From an uncultured Bacteroidales bacterium (GTDB taxonomy: Bacteria; Bacteroidota; Bacteroidia; Bacteroidales; VadinHA17): DNA of 64,000 nt. Location: the NCBI GenBank assembly GCA_963843635.1, contig CAWJLF010000012.1, forward strand, positions 33,829 through 97,828, written 5' to 3'. Of the stretch, positions 34,596 through 44,804 are shown one piece after another. The translations under genes were made by a program, and so were the position numbers. Positions within the stretch are counted from its first letter, which is position 1, and each line of letters starts with the position of its first letter. Below the pieces are notes generated by a model. That model was not told the DNA's origin. It searched no databases and saw only the letters and a list, made by a program, of their open reading frames with translations.

Positions 34596-36830
34596 TCAAT
34601 TTTTTTCATCACCGGCAGCAGTATTAAAATATTGTGCGAGATCCTGTAATATTTTGGCATCGACTTCTATTTGTTGCTGAGCCTCTTCCCAGTTTCTTTC
34701 TTCGATAGCTTCACTTATACCTGGCATAGTTTTGACGCCATAGCCCGTGTAATATCCGGGAGCATAAAGAATATTTTTATACCATTCTCTGCGGGGCAAA
34801 CCTTTTTCTGTCAGTAGCTGCTGTTCAGCTCTGTAAAGTTTCTGATTAAACTCTTTGCTTATGGTTCCTGTCATTAGATTCTTTTGACAGATAATGCTGA
34901 GGCTATCGACACTGGTTCCCAATTCCTGTAAAGCGTTGTGCAGGGGTGAAAAATCCAGGTATGGCACCTCTGGTTTAACTCTGGGGCCATATAAGCCTTT
35001 TGTAGGATCTTCACCTGTAGCATACCTGCCTTTAATGATCAGGCTATTATCTACATCGGTGCTCTCGCGGCTATTTTCTAAAAGTGTCATTAGCTCCTTT
35101 GAATATTCCCTGGCTGTCTTGTATAGATGTGTGAAATCGAAAGGCAGCTCATCGGCATTTGCCATCCGTAAAACAGCATGACCTGCGGTCTCTGCCAGTG
35201 TAACACCATACTGAAAGCCAGGGTCGACAAACCTTGTATACAGGCTATATGAATCATATATAGAATGATAATCGCCACTCCCGTCTTCCCCTCCATAGCC
35301 AGGTTTAGTGCCGGTATCCCCGCATGCTGGATAAACGATGAATAATCGGACCCTGACCCAAGCGCTCCCAGTTTTAATTCTTTCTGGCCCATATTTTTTT
35401 CTTTGCTTCCGAGTTTCCGGCGGATATTGCATCATGTGCCTTTTTCCTGTCAAATACACTTACATGTGTCTGGGGGTCAATGACCTGTTTTGCGATCTCA
35501 TCCATGAAAGGCTCAAGGGTAGGCGAGCCCTCGTGCAAAGAGGAATCCACGGCCATTACCATCGGAGTTTATATATACCACTGCCTTTTCTCTGCAGCTC
35601 TTTTTCATGTTCCTCAACCCATTCTGTTGATCCAAGCAGTCCGGGTTCTTCACCGTCCCATGCACAATACACTATTGTCCTGTCAGGCCTCCACCCGTTT
35701 TTCATCATGATGCCCATCGATCTGGCCTCTTCGAGCAGGGCAGCCTGTCCGCTTATCGGATCTCCTGCTCCATTGACCCATGCATCCTGGTGATTTCCGC
35801 GTATAACCCACTCGTCAGGATATCTTGACACCATGGATTTTAGCAATGACATCATAACATGGCACAAGATCCCAGTTAAAAGTAATTTAAGATGTACCTT
35901 TGTCTTGCCCGGTCCAATATGATATGCAAATGGCAGACCACCATGCCAGCTAACTGGTGCAACAGGTCCGCCAAGAGCTTTAAGCAAGGGCGCTGCATCG
36001 TGGTAGCTTATTGGCAAAACAGGGATCTTCAGGAGGCTGGGAGCCTCTGATCTTTCCAATCTCTTAGCGTCTTTTGTTGCACCGGTGCCAGGAGTCAGCG
36101 GATCACCTGGGTACCAGGCGGACATGTCAATAACAGAGCCTCTCTGTACCCCATACTCATTTCTGTAAGCTCCTTTCGGGTAAACATCTCCCTGGAAGTA
36201 TCCGTCATCAGCAGGGTCACTGTAGATGATGCACCCAATGGCTCCATGTTCCTGTGCCACTTTCGGTTTTATTCCTCTCCAGCTGTGACCGTACTTAGCA
36301 ATAACAATCTTGCCCTTTACGTCAATACCCATCTTATCTAAAACCTCATAATCCTGGGGCAGTCCGTAATTAACAAATACCAGGTCAGCTGTAACATCCC
36401 CATCAGCACTGTATGCATTATATGTTGGCAGCTGCCCTGATTGGCCTGAAGTAGCATCCTCATTAAGAGCAGGCTCCTTTAGTACAGCTTTATATGTTGT
36501 TGGAGAGATCATCTCCAGTACCCTTGTCTTTGGAGTGGGGAATAATACAAAGAATGTCTCAATGCTGGCATCCCACCCCCATTCCTTATACAGGTTAAGA
36601 ATATATTCCGCATTTTCCTTATCACCGGGAGAACCTAAATGATGAGGTTTAGCTGAAAGGATCTTAATTGTTTTTCCAATGTTGTCTTTATCAAGATTCT
36701 GATCAAATGTTTTTTCAACATTCAGTTGCCTGTCAATATTTTTATCAGTGAAACCTGTAATTTTTTCTGTCTGGGCATAGGATGTTTGTAAGATGAGTAT
36801 CATCAAAACGGGAAGGAAAAGTTTTTTCAT
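34596..36830 (-). pseudogene. M28 metallopeptidase, glutamate carboxypeptidase II (NAALADase)-like with a PA domain, frameshifted at least 3 times
   Basis: Signal peptide MKKLFLPVLMILILQTSYAQ. PA-domain stretch GDVTADLVFVNYGLPQDYEVL...GKIVIAKYGHSWRGIKPKVAQEHGAIGCIIYSDPADDGY. Fragments 35556.., 35374.., 35090.. and 34596.. are colinear (GSGSDYSSFIQHAGIPAL; GDYHSIYDSY). Confidence 0.8.
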
Positions 36831-37260
36831 CTTTAAGGAATTAAGCTTATAATAATTAACTATTAACGTTTCAGGACTTATAAATGTTTGGCGGTGATAA
36901 GTAAAGATAATTAAAAGCATATAAATTAGAGGTCACAAGTTAATAAATGATTTAGTTACGGTCAACAGTCATTTTACCTGAGGTCGCCAGTCCTCGTCTA
37001 GATCATGTCGTAATGGCAATGTATACACCTGAGATACCTCACGGTCGTGCGGGGTGCGAAAGCGAAACGAAGGAATCTGACGGTGTTGTTGACTGTTCAA
37101 CATGACGTGTCATTACGATGAATTTGTCGTTAACTCGTCATTTTATGCAATTATAACCGTTTGATACCGTTTTAATCAAATTATATCGTTCAAATGACTC
37201 ATACATGGCGTTTCTATTGGGATTTAAATTGTTTATATTTATAAAAAAAAATTATCAATC

Positions 37261-38648
37261 ATGAATGCAACCATCAAACGAGCGTTATTTTCAGTCGTTC
37301 TCATCTCACTATCTCTTCAGGTTTTAAGGGCCAATATTTCACTTCCGGAGATATTTTCAAGCAACATGGTACTTCAGCAACAGGCAGATGTTACGATATG
37401 GGGCTGGGCAAAAGCCGGGGAGAAAGTGACAGTGAAAGCCGGGTGGCTCGATACGGAGCTTAATCTACAGCCAATACCCAGGGCATATGGAAAATTGTGC
37501 TATAGGACGCCTGCATGCCGGAGGACCTTATGATATTTCCTTCAGGGGATACAACAGCATCACCTTGAGCGATGTGATGATAGGGGAAGTCTGGCTCTGT
37601 TCAGGGCAGTCGAATATGGAATGGAGTGCACAGTCGGGTATCGATAATGCTGAAGAGGAGATAAGTAATTCAAATTATCCGAATATCAGACTTTTCACTG
37701 TTTACTCATCAACAGCCCTCTGTCCGCAGCAGCACCTTACTGGCAGCTGGGCCAAATGTACACCTGAGACTATGCGTAGTTTCAGTGCAATAGGCTATTT
37801 CTTTGCCAGGAAACTATACAAGGAGCTGGGAGTTCCAATAGGAATAATTAATTCAAGCTGGGGGGGTACACCTGCCGAGGCATGGATGCCGGAAAATGTT
37901 ATTGAGAAGGATGATTTTCTCCGCGAGGCCGCTGCGAAACAGGTACCAGTTCCGTGGGGTCCGGTAGAAACAGCAAGGTTATACAATGCGATGATCTCAC
38001 CAATGATCCCCTTCAGGATTGCAGGGGTACTCTGGTACCAGGGTGAGGCAAATACTGTAAATGCCTACGCCTATAAGGAGCTTCTCGAAGGACTTATTAA
38101 GGGATGGAGAACTAACTGGGGTTATGATTTCCCGTTTTACTATGCACAAATAGCGCCATACAGGTACGGTAATAACTTTGATGGGGTAATGGTACAGGGA
38201 CGAACAGAGGAGGGCTCTTGAACTGCCCAATACAGGTATGGCTGTGCTCAGTGATATATGCGATACTACCAATATCCATCCGAAAGACAAACAGGATGCT
38301 GCATTAAGACTTGCTTATCTGGCCCTTAACAGGTGTTATAATTTGAGCCGGTTCGAAGATTCGGGACCATTATTTAAAGATATGGTTGTTGATAAGAACA
38401 AGGCAATAATCTCGTTTGATTATAGTGAGGGCTTACATTCTGAAGGGAAACTGCTTAATTATTTTGAGATAGCCGGAGCTGATAAGGTCTTTTACCCGGC
38501 TGAAGCAAAGATAGAGGGAGAAAAGGTTGTTGTACAGTCCAAGAAAGTTAAAAACCCTGTAGCTGTACGTTTTGCCTGGAGGAATACAGCCACTCCAAAT
38601 CTCTTCAACGGAGCTAACCTTCCGGCTTCTTGTTTCACAACAGAGTAA
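37261..38648 (+). pseudogene. Sialate O-acetylesterase (SGNH/DUF303 type), frameshifted
   Basis: Three colinear fragments, with GEVWLCSGQSNMEW (catalytic Ser block), SWGGTPAEAWM and VLWYQGEAN. At least two shifts lie within 37470..37540 and another near 38220. Confidence 0.8.
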
Positions 38649-38868
38649 CGCCACAACGGCGCAAACCACCTTCGACAAGGCTTCGGCGGTCAAAGGGCGC
38701 GGAGGCAGGCAGAGGGAAATAGGGAAATGTATTTTGTATAATAAATGACAGGCGATGTTAGGTAATGAATCATTTTCAGAAATTTTGTTCTCTATTCTCT
38801 GAGTCGTTTGTCGTGCGTCTTGCGTCCAGTGTCCAGTATTTATAATTTAAATTAATTCAATTCACAAT

Positions 38869-39579
38869 ATGAAAAAAATAATTATTATAGCTTTGATAAT
38901 AATATCAGGTATTCAGACTGCCGATGCCCAGTTATTCAAAAAGGTAAAGAAATTCTTTAACCAGCCCAATGCAGGCCTGACTGAGAAAGATGCAGCAGAT
39001 GGTATAAGGGAAGCACTTATAAACGGAACCGGAAATAGTGTGAAGCTCGTTTCAGTCCTCGACGGTTACTGGGGGAATCCTGAAATAAAGATCCCTTTCC
39101 CTCCCGAGGCAACGGAGATGGAGTCGAAACTGAGAGCAATAGGTCTGGGTAAAAAAGTTGATGAATTCAACCTATCCATGAACAGGGCTGCGGAAAAAGC
39201 AGCGAATGAAGCAAAACCCATTTTTATTGCTGCCATCAAAGGGATGACAATAAGAGATGCTATCAATATTGTCAGGGGAGAGAACAATGCAGCAACAATG
39301 TATCTGCAAAGAACGACAACCCCTGAGCTGACAGTTAAATTCGAACCAATAATACAGACCTCTCTTGAAAGTGTGGATGCTACAAAATACTGGAGCGACC
39401 TGATCAATATTTATAATAAGATCCCTTTTGTAAAGAAGATGAACCCCGACCTGGCGGCTTATGTGACAGAGAGGGCCATTGACGGGTTATTTATAATGAT
39501 AGCAAAAGAGGAGCTTAAGATACGAAAGGATCCAATGGCCCGAACCACTGAATTGCTAAGGAAGGTCTTTGGGAATTAG
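38869..39579 (+). CDS. Secreted DUF4197-like protein
   Basis: Signal peptide MKKIIIIALIIISGIQTADAQ. Blocks GIREALINGT, EIKIPFPPEA, LSMNRAAEKAANEAKPIFIAAIKGMTIRDA and AIDGLFIMIAKEELKIRKDP...LLRKVFG match my recollection of the DUF4197 consensus. Confidence 0.7.
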   Translation: MKKIIIIALIIISGIQTADAQLFKKVKKFFNQPNAGLTEKDAADGIREALINGTGNSVKLVSVLDGYWGNPEIKIPFPPEATEMESKLRAIGLGKKVDEFNLSMNRAAEKAANEAKPIFIAAIKGMTIRDAINIVRGENNAATMYLQRTTTPELTVKFEPIIQTSLESVDATKYWSDLINIYNKIPFVKKMNPDLAAYVTERAIDGLFIMIAKEELKIRKDPMARTTELLRKVFGN

Positions 39580-39588
39580 CATGTTATC

Positions 39589-40419
39589 ATGAAAGAATAC
39601 CTTAAAAATGATCACGACCTGAATACATTTATTAATGTATTTGATGAATGTCCGATATGGTCGGCTCCCTTTGGTCTGAAACTGCTGGACTACATTGATT
39701 ATAAATCTAATATTACTGCTCTCGATATAGGTTTTGGTACAGGTTTTCCATTGACAGAGATAGCCCTGAGACTGGGGTCAGGGTCGACAGTGTATGGGAT
39801 TGATCCCTGGACTGAAGCAATAGTAAGAGTCAGGGAAAAGATTGACAGGTACAGGATAACAAATATTAAGATCATCGAAGGCATGGCAGAATCTGTTCCG
39901 CTGGCAGATAATTATCTCGACCTGATTGTCAGCAATAACGGAATAAATAATGTAAACAATATCGGACAGGTGATATCGGAATGTTCAAGAATAATTAAGC
40001 CAGACGGACAATTCGTTCAAACATTCAATACTGACAAAACAATGTTCGAGTTCTATGAACAGATGGAGGAAATACTTCATGAAATGAAGCTGTTACATGA
40101 AATAAAACTGATGCATCAGCATATTTACGAAAAGCGAAGGCCACTCCAGGAAATGATAGAAATGCTACGGAGAAACGACTTTATAATTAAGGACCTTGAG
40201 CATGATCAGTTCAATTACAGGTTTACAGACGGATCAGCAATGCTGAACCACTATTTCATCAGGTTGGCATTTATGGATTCTTGGATCAAATTAATACCTG
40301 CGAACAAACTTGAGGAGGTTTTTGATACCCTGGAAGAACGCCTGAATGAGAAAGCTAAAATCACAGGAGGCCTTACGCTGAGTGTTCCATTCGTACTTGT
40401 TAATGCCATAAAACAGTAA
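39589..40419 (+). CDS. Class I SAM-dependent methyltransferase
   Basis: Motif I ALDIGFGTGFP, post-I VYGIDP, and motif II/III LDLIVSNNGINNV...IIKPDGQF. Confidence 0.85.
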   Translation: MKEYLKNDHDLNTFINVFDECPIWSAPFGLKLLDYIDYKSNITALDIGFGTGFPLTEIALRLGSGSTVYGIDPWTEAIVRVREKIDRYRITNIKIIEGMAESVPLADNYLDLIVSNNGINNVNNIGQVISECSRIIKPDGQFVQTFNTDKTMFEFYEQMEEILHEMKLLHEIKLMHQHIYEKRRPLQEMIEMLRRNDFIIKDLEHDQFNYRFTDGSAMLNHYFIRLAFMDSWIKLIPANKLEEVFDTLEERLNEKAKITGGLTLSVPFVLVNAIKQ

Positions 40420-40479
40420 TGCATGATGGTCATAGAATATTGTGATTAATTGTGAATAGCTGATAGTGGAAATGTAATT

Positions 40480-41256
40480 ATGAGTAAAAAAGACTGGAAT
40501 CCCACTCAATACCTGCAATTTAACAGGGAAAGACTACAGCCCTCAGTGGACCTTGTCTTCCATATTGATTTGAAAGATCCAAAAAGGATACTGGATATTG
40601 GATGTGGACCTGGCAACAGCACACAGGTTCTTTTGCATCGCTGGTCCACTGCTGAGATAACAGGTATTGATAATTCTCCTGCTATGATTGAAAAGGCAAG
40701 GAATGACTATCCCGATCAGAGATGGGTATTAATGGATGCATTAAAAGACAAAATACCCGGTACATATGATATTGTTTTTTCAAATGCCACAATTCAATGG
40801 ATCCCGGGTCATGATCTTTTGGTGAAGAAGTTCTTTGACATCATTAACAATAGAGGGGTACTGGCTATTCAGATCCCAATGTTCATGGAGATGCCTGTCG
40901 CGAAGGCAATTACAAGAACTGCAGCTGAAAAAAGGTGGTACTCTCAGACAAGAGGCCTTGAAGAACTGTTTACAATACATGATCATTCATATTACTATGA
41001 TCAGCTAATTGGATATGCTGCCAGGATAGAGATGTGGGAGACCGATTACCTGCATATAATGGATTCTCATCTTTCTATACTTGATATGATAAGAAGTACA
41101 GGACTAAAACCATATCTGGACAGGCTGGATTCGGATAACGACCGAAGAGATTTTGAAGAATATTTTTTGGCTGAGCTAAGAAAGGACTACCCTTTACAAA
41201 AGGATGGGAGGGTCCTTTTCCCTTTTAAAAGGTTGTTCTTTATTGCATATCGATGA
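40480..41256 (+). CDS. tam: Trans-aconitate 2-methyltransferase-like SAM methyltransferase
   Basis: DWNPTQYLQFNRERLQPSVDLV...ILDIGCGPGNSTQVLLHRWSTAEITGIDNSPAMIEKAR parallels the Tam N-terminus (W.p..Y..F...R.rP..dLl...DLGCGPGNsT). Confidence 0.8.
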   Translation: MSKKDWNPTQYLQFNRERLQPSVDLVFHIDLKDPKRILDIGCGPGNSTQVLLHRWSTAEITGIDNSPAMIEKARNDYPDQRWVLMDALKDKIPGTYDIVFSNATIQWIPGHDLLVKKFFDIINNRGVLAIQIPMFMEMPVAKAITRTAAEKRWYSQTRGLEELFTIHDHSYYYDQLIGYAARIEMWETDYLHIMDSHLSILDMIRSTGLKPYLDRLDSDNDRRDFEEYFLAELRKDYPLQKDGRVLFPFKRLFFIAYR

Positions 41257-41347
41257 GCAAACAGGATTTAAGTGTAGTCTTAATAATACCTTGAATTCTC
41301 AAACATATGCAGTTGGCTTATTCTATTATGCATTGATGATAGTGTAA

Positions 41348-42439
41348 TTATCCGGACCTGCCGTTTCGGTTCTTCCTCAAGTGTTTTACAACAAATGCTG
41401 AATCCCTGCCAACACCGCCTATCAGACCGGAAGTCAAACCATACTGGAATAACATCCCGGTAAAGTATAATCCACTTTCGTCGGATGATATCCCTCTTTT
41501 TGTTACAGGCCATCCAGACTTATCAAATGGGATATCAAGTTCAATCCATGAAAAATCCGGTCTGAAACCGGTGGCCCATATTACTGAATTAATTTTTACA
41601 ATACGTCCATCCTCCAACTTTGGCATACCATTTTCAATGCCTCTAACCCGTGGTACCTGTTCCACACCTGCGCGAACCAGGTCTGTGACAGACACGCTTA
41701 TTAATGGGCCTCCTTTGCTGGTTATCGCAACTCTTGCTTTTCTTCCGATCGGTGTCGAGATGGTCAGAATGTTGTTTGCAAACCACCAGTATAAACTTCC
41801 TGCGTATCGAAAGACCTGATCAGGGATATGAAAAGTAGGATGGCCGGAGATAAGAGTATGTCTGCTTTTAGAAAGCTCAATTGCTATTTCTAATCCTGAA
41901 GTTCCTGCACCTACAACAAGAACATCCCCGGAAGGCAAAGAATCAGGATTTAAGTATTGTGAGGAATGAATTTGATAAATGTTTTTATCCAGTTCTCCGG
42001 CAAAATTTGGTACACGAGGTAAAGGATTAGTCCCTGTTGACACAATTACATTATTGCTAATATGCACACCTTTGCTTGTAACTACTTCAAATCCCTTTTC
42101 ATTACGTGACAAACGTAACGCTTTTTCATTCAGGCGGACAGGCAAATGAAAATCTGTGGCATATTTTTCAATATAATCCGCTATTTCATCCTTTGAAGGT
42201 AAGTATCCACGTGATGCAGGAAAAGGATGTCCGGGTAGTCCATCATACTGAGAAGGAGTAAATAAGTGAAGGGAATCCCACCTGTTTCGCCAGGAGTCTC
42301 CGATTTTATTTACAGAATCAATAATTATGAAATTTTCATTAGTCTTTGAAAGGTAATATCCGGCAGATAATCCAGCCTGTCCGGCACCGATAATAATAGT
42401 TCCCCATTGTGAATTTGGGTTAGAACTTTGATTTTTCAT
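41348..42439 (-). CDS. FAD/NAD(P)-binding flavoprotein monooxygenase-like oxidoreductase (CzcO/FMO-like)
   Basis: Two Rossmann dinucleotide motifs, IIIGAGQAGLSAGYYL and LVVGAGTSGLEIAIEL, plus ATGF near the C-terminus. Confidence 0.85.
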   Translation of the reverse strand: MKNQSSNPNSQWGTIIIGAGQAGLSAGYYLSKTNENFIIIDSVNKIGDSWRNRWDSLHLFTPSQYDGLPGHPFPASRGYLPSKDEIADYIEKYATDFHLPVRLNEKALRLSRNEKGFEVVTSKGVHISNNVIVSTGTNPLPRVPNFAGELDKNIYQIHSSQYLNPDSLPSGDVLVVGAGTSGLEIAIELSKSRHTLISGHPTFHIPDQVFRYAGSLYWWFANNILTISTPIGRKARVAITSKGGPLISVSVTDLVRAGVEQVPRVRGIENGMPKLEDGRIVKINSVIWATGFRPDFSWIELDIPFDKSGWPVTKRGISSDESGLYFTGMLFQYGLTSGLIGGVGRDSAFVVKHLRKNRNGRSG

Positions 42440-42599
42440 TTTTCACACAGATAAAATAAGTAAAACACCTGAACACTAAATTGTAAACGTAGGTCTGATA
42501 TTAAATCTCAATATTATTCGGAGTAAAAAAATAACTAAGGAATACCTGATCTGGATTTGATATTAGCTTAATAACAATTGTATAAAACTAATGTTCATA

Positions 42600-43715
42600 T
42601 TAGAAAAGCATTTTAACTAGCTTTTCAGCATTCTTCATGTTGTCAAAATTTTTCGAAAGGATGTATGCACGTTTACTGATCATTGCCTCGGTGAAAGGTT
42701 TCTTCATCAGGTAATGGATCATTTCGGCCAGGTCACTGTCTGAATCAGCAACATGAAGGAGACTCTTAAGCGAGGTGTTAACTTCTGTTGCAGAGTTGAC
42801 AAGACAGTGCCTGCCGGCAAAAAGGGCCATCAGTAATTTCAGTTTAAAGCCATTGAATGTAAGGGATGGCAGGATGTTGACATGAGCATTGATAATCAGC
42901 TCCTTCATAATATGGTCATCCGGATCAGCGAAAACCTCGATGTTTGAATGTCTGGATGCCAGAGAAATGATTGCCCCTGAAGGGTGTTTCCCGGCTATGA
43001 TACATTTGTAAGGTATCTGTGAAAAAACCCCGGTTATCAGAAACCTTGCCACTATTTCATTCTCCCTGACTGAAAGGTCTCCGTGGTAAATTATATAATC
43101 ACCTTTTCCTGTTCGGCTTACAGGTTCATAAAAAGGGTGAGACGGACCAAGGAGTACGGAGTTATGAAACCTGTGATTGAAATATTCCTGATCCTTTTCA
43201 GAAATTGCAAGGATCCGATCGGCACCTCTGAGAACATTTTCATACAGGCTGAGTTTTTCCGATTCAATACGGAAATATAACTTTTTAAAGTAACCAGATT
43301 CATTTTTTGCAAGCGAGGAATAATATTTATGTTCAATATTATGTAGTCTTACAAGCTTTTTTCGTACAGCAAGATCAGGATGATTGATATAAAAAGATGA
43401 TTGAAGACCATCGAAAAGAATAGGGTAGCTATTGTTTACCAGGTTATTCAAAAGAGATTTGTTTTTCCTGCTTATTACAGAAGAAGGCTGAGAAGAAAAT
43501 TGTGATAAGAATAAAGATCTCCTTGGATAATAGTCAGTTGTGTCACATAGTTCTTCAAGTTCCTTCGAGTGCCTGCGTCCATATTCAAAACAATGAAGAT
43601 GGATGCGGATCCCCATATCATGTAGTGATCGTATCCTGTGAAATGTGTCTATCATACCTCCATAATCAGGGGGATATGGAACGTTAAGTGTAACTATATG
43701 AAGATGCAGGTTCAC
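42600..43715 (-). CDS. GT-B fold glycosyltransferase (GT4-like)
   Basis: N-terminal IVTLNVPYPPDYGGMID. C-terminal half has a GT1/GT4-like layout (IIYHGDLSVRENE..., PSLTFNGFKLKLLMALFAGRHCLVN). Confidence 0.75.
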   Translation of the reverse strand: MNLHLHIVTLNVPYPPDYGGMIDTFHRIRSLHDMGIRIHLHCFEYGRRHSKELEELCDTTDYYPRRSLFLSQFSSQPSSVISRKNKSLLNNLVNNSYPILFDGLQSSFYINHPDLAVRKKLVRLHNIEHKYYSSLAKNESGYFKKLYFRIESEKLSLYENVLRGADRILAISEKDQEYFNHRFHNSVLLGPSHPFYEPVSRTGKGDYIIYHGDLSVRENEIVARFLITGVFSQIPYKCIIAGKHPSGAIISLASRHSNIEVFADPDDHIMKELIINAHVNILPSLTFNGFKLKLLMALFAGRHCLVNSATEVNTSLKSLLHVADSDSDLAEMIHYLMKKPFTEAMISKRAYILSKNFDNMKNAEKLVKMLF

Positions 43716-43800
43716 AGTAAGAAAAATTCCCTTTCCAAGAGCAACAATAAATATAGGTATAAATTTCAGCTGTTCACTGGCTGAATTAGCATTTTCTGTT

Positions 43801-43808
43801 TAACTTTG
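43801..43808 (+). promoter_or_regulatory. Candidate -7 box TAACTTTG upstream of the small OM barrel gene
   Basis: Perfect TAnnTTTG, 68 nt before ATG 43876. No clear -33 TTTG. Confidence 0.35.
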
Positions 43809-43875
43809 ATTAGCAATACAGTTTAACACAGGAGCTTATATTTATCAACAGACATCATTTTTTAAAAAAAAGACC

Positions 43876-44514
43876 ATGAAATCAACGAGATTTATTTTTA
43901 CGGGCTTATTAATCTTTCTTTGTTTTAGTCTGAATGCACAGGTATTTATTGGAGGTAATTTTAGTTTTAAAGCCTCTGGTGGTAGTATCGATGATGGATC
44001 CACAACTACTGACAAAATTTCATCTTTTAGTATTGATCTTTTACCAAAGGTAGGAAAATTCATGTCGGAAGAAGTGGCAGTGGGTGCTGCCTTAAGTATT
44101 TCATACGGCCACGTCAGAATGCCAGGTGTCAATGAAGTAGTTTCAAAATCCCATACTGTTGGGATAGTGCCGTTTATGAGGTATTATCCATTAAAGATTA
44201 ATAAATTTTCCATATATGGACAGGCAAACGTCGGACTGTTGTTTACTGGTTCAAATACAAAAAGCGGGGGGACAACAACAGACGGACCATCTACCACAAG
44301 CTTTTATATTAATGTATTTCCCGGACTGGCTTATGAACTGAATGAAAGATTATCACTTGAAACATCTCTCAATTTTCTGAGTTTTGGGTATCATAATAAT
44401 ACAACTAAAAATGGAGCTGTAAAGGATAAGACTTCTACTTTTAATATCGGAGCAGGTATTGATAATATCATTTCAGTCGGAAGCATTACAATTGGCGCTA
44501 TTTACAAATTTTAA
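43876..44514 (+). CDS. Small (8-strand type) outer membrane beta-barrel protein
   Basis: Signal peptide MKSTRFIFTGLLIFLCFSLNAQ, alternating beta-strand pattern, and C-terminal ...GSITIGAIYKF ending in an aromatic residue. Confidence 0.75.
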   Translation: MKSTRFIFTGLLIFLCFSLNAQVFIGGNFSFKASGGSIDDGSTTTDKISSFSIDLLPKVGKFMSEEVAVGAALSISYGHVRMPGVNEVVSKSHTVGIVPFMRYYPLKINKFSIYGQANVGLLFTGSNTKSGGTTTDGPSTTSFYINVFPGLAYELNERLSLETSLNFLSFGYHNNTTKNGAVKDKTSTFNIGAGIDNIISVGSITIGAIYKF

Positions 44515-44804
44515 AATATTATTATCATTATGATAAGTCATTGGGGGATATTACAGTCTATGACTGAACTTACAGAATGGCCTTTTCCTTTTTGGGACCA
44601 TGTACCAGGAAAAGTAAGATAGGATGTTGTGGAATAATTTCAATCCGTAACTTTAATACATGGCTTGTTAAGGAGGGAAAATAGTTAGGATTATCTGTCA
44701 TGATATTGTTTTTAATTTGTCTCATAAGATTATCGATACGATTGTAAAATCTTTTGAAAGGTGTGCGGTAAAACAATTCATTATAATTTCATTATCCTTG
44801 TATT

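Noticed and set aside
44570-44776. 68-aa minus-strand ORF ending …HPILLFLVHGPKKEKAIL, possibly the N-terminal relic of an alpha/beta hydrolase.
   Set aside because: Only a short HG-like block supports it, which is too little evidence to annotate.
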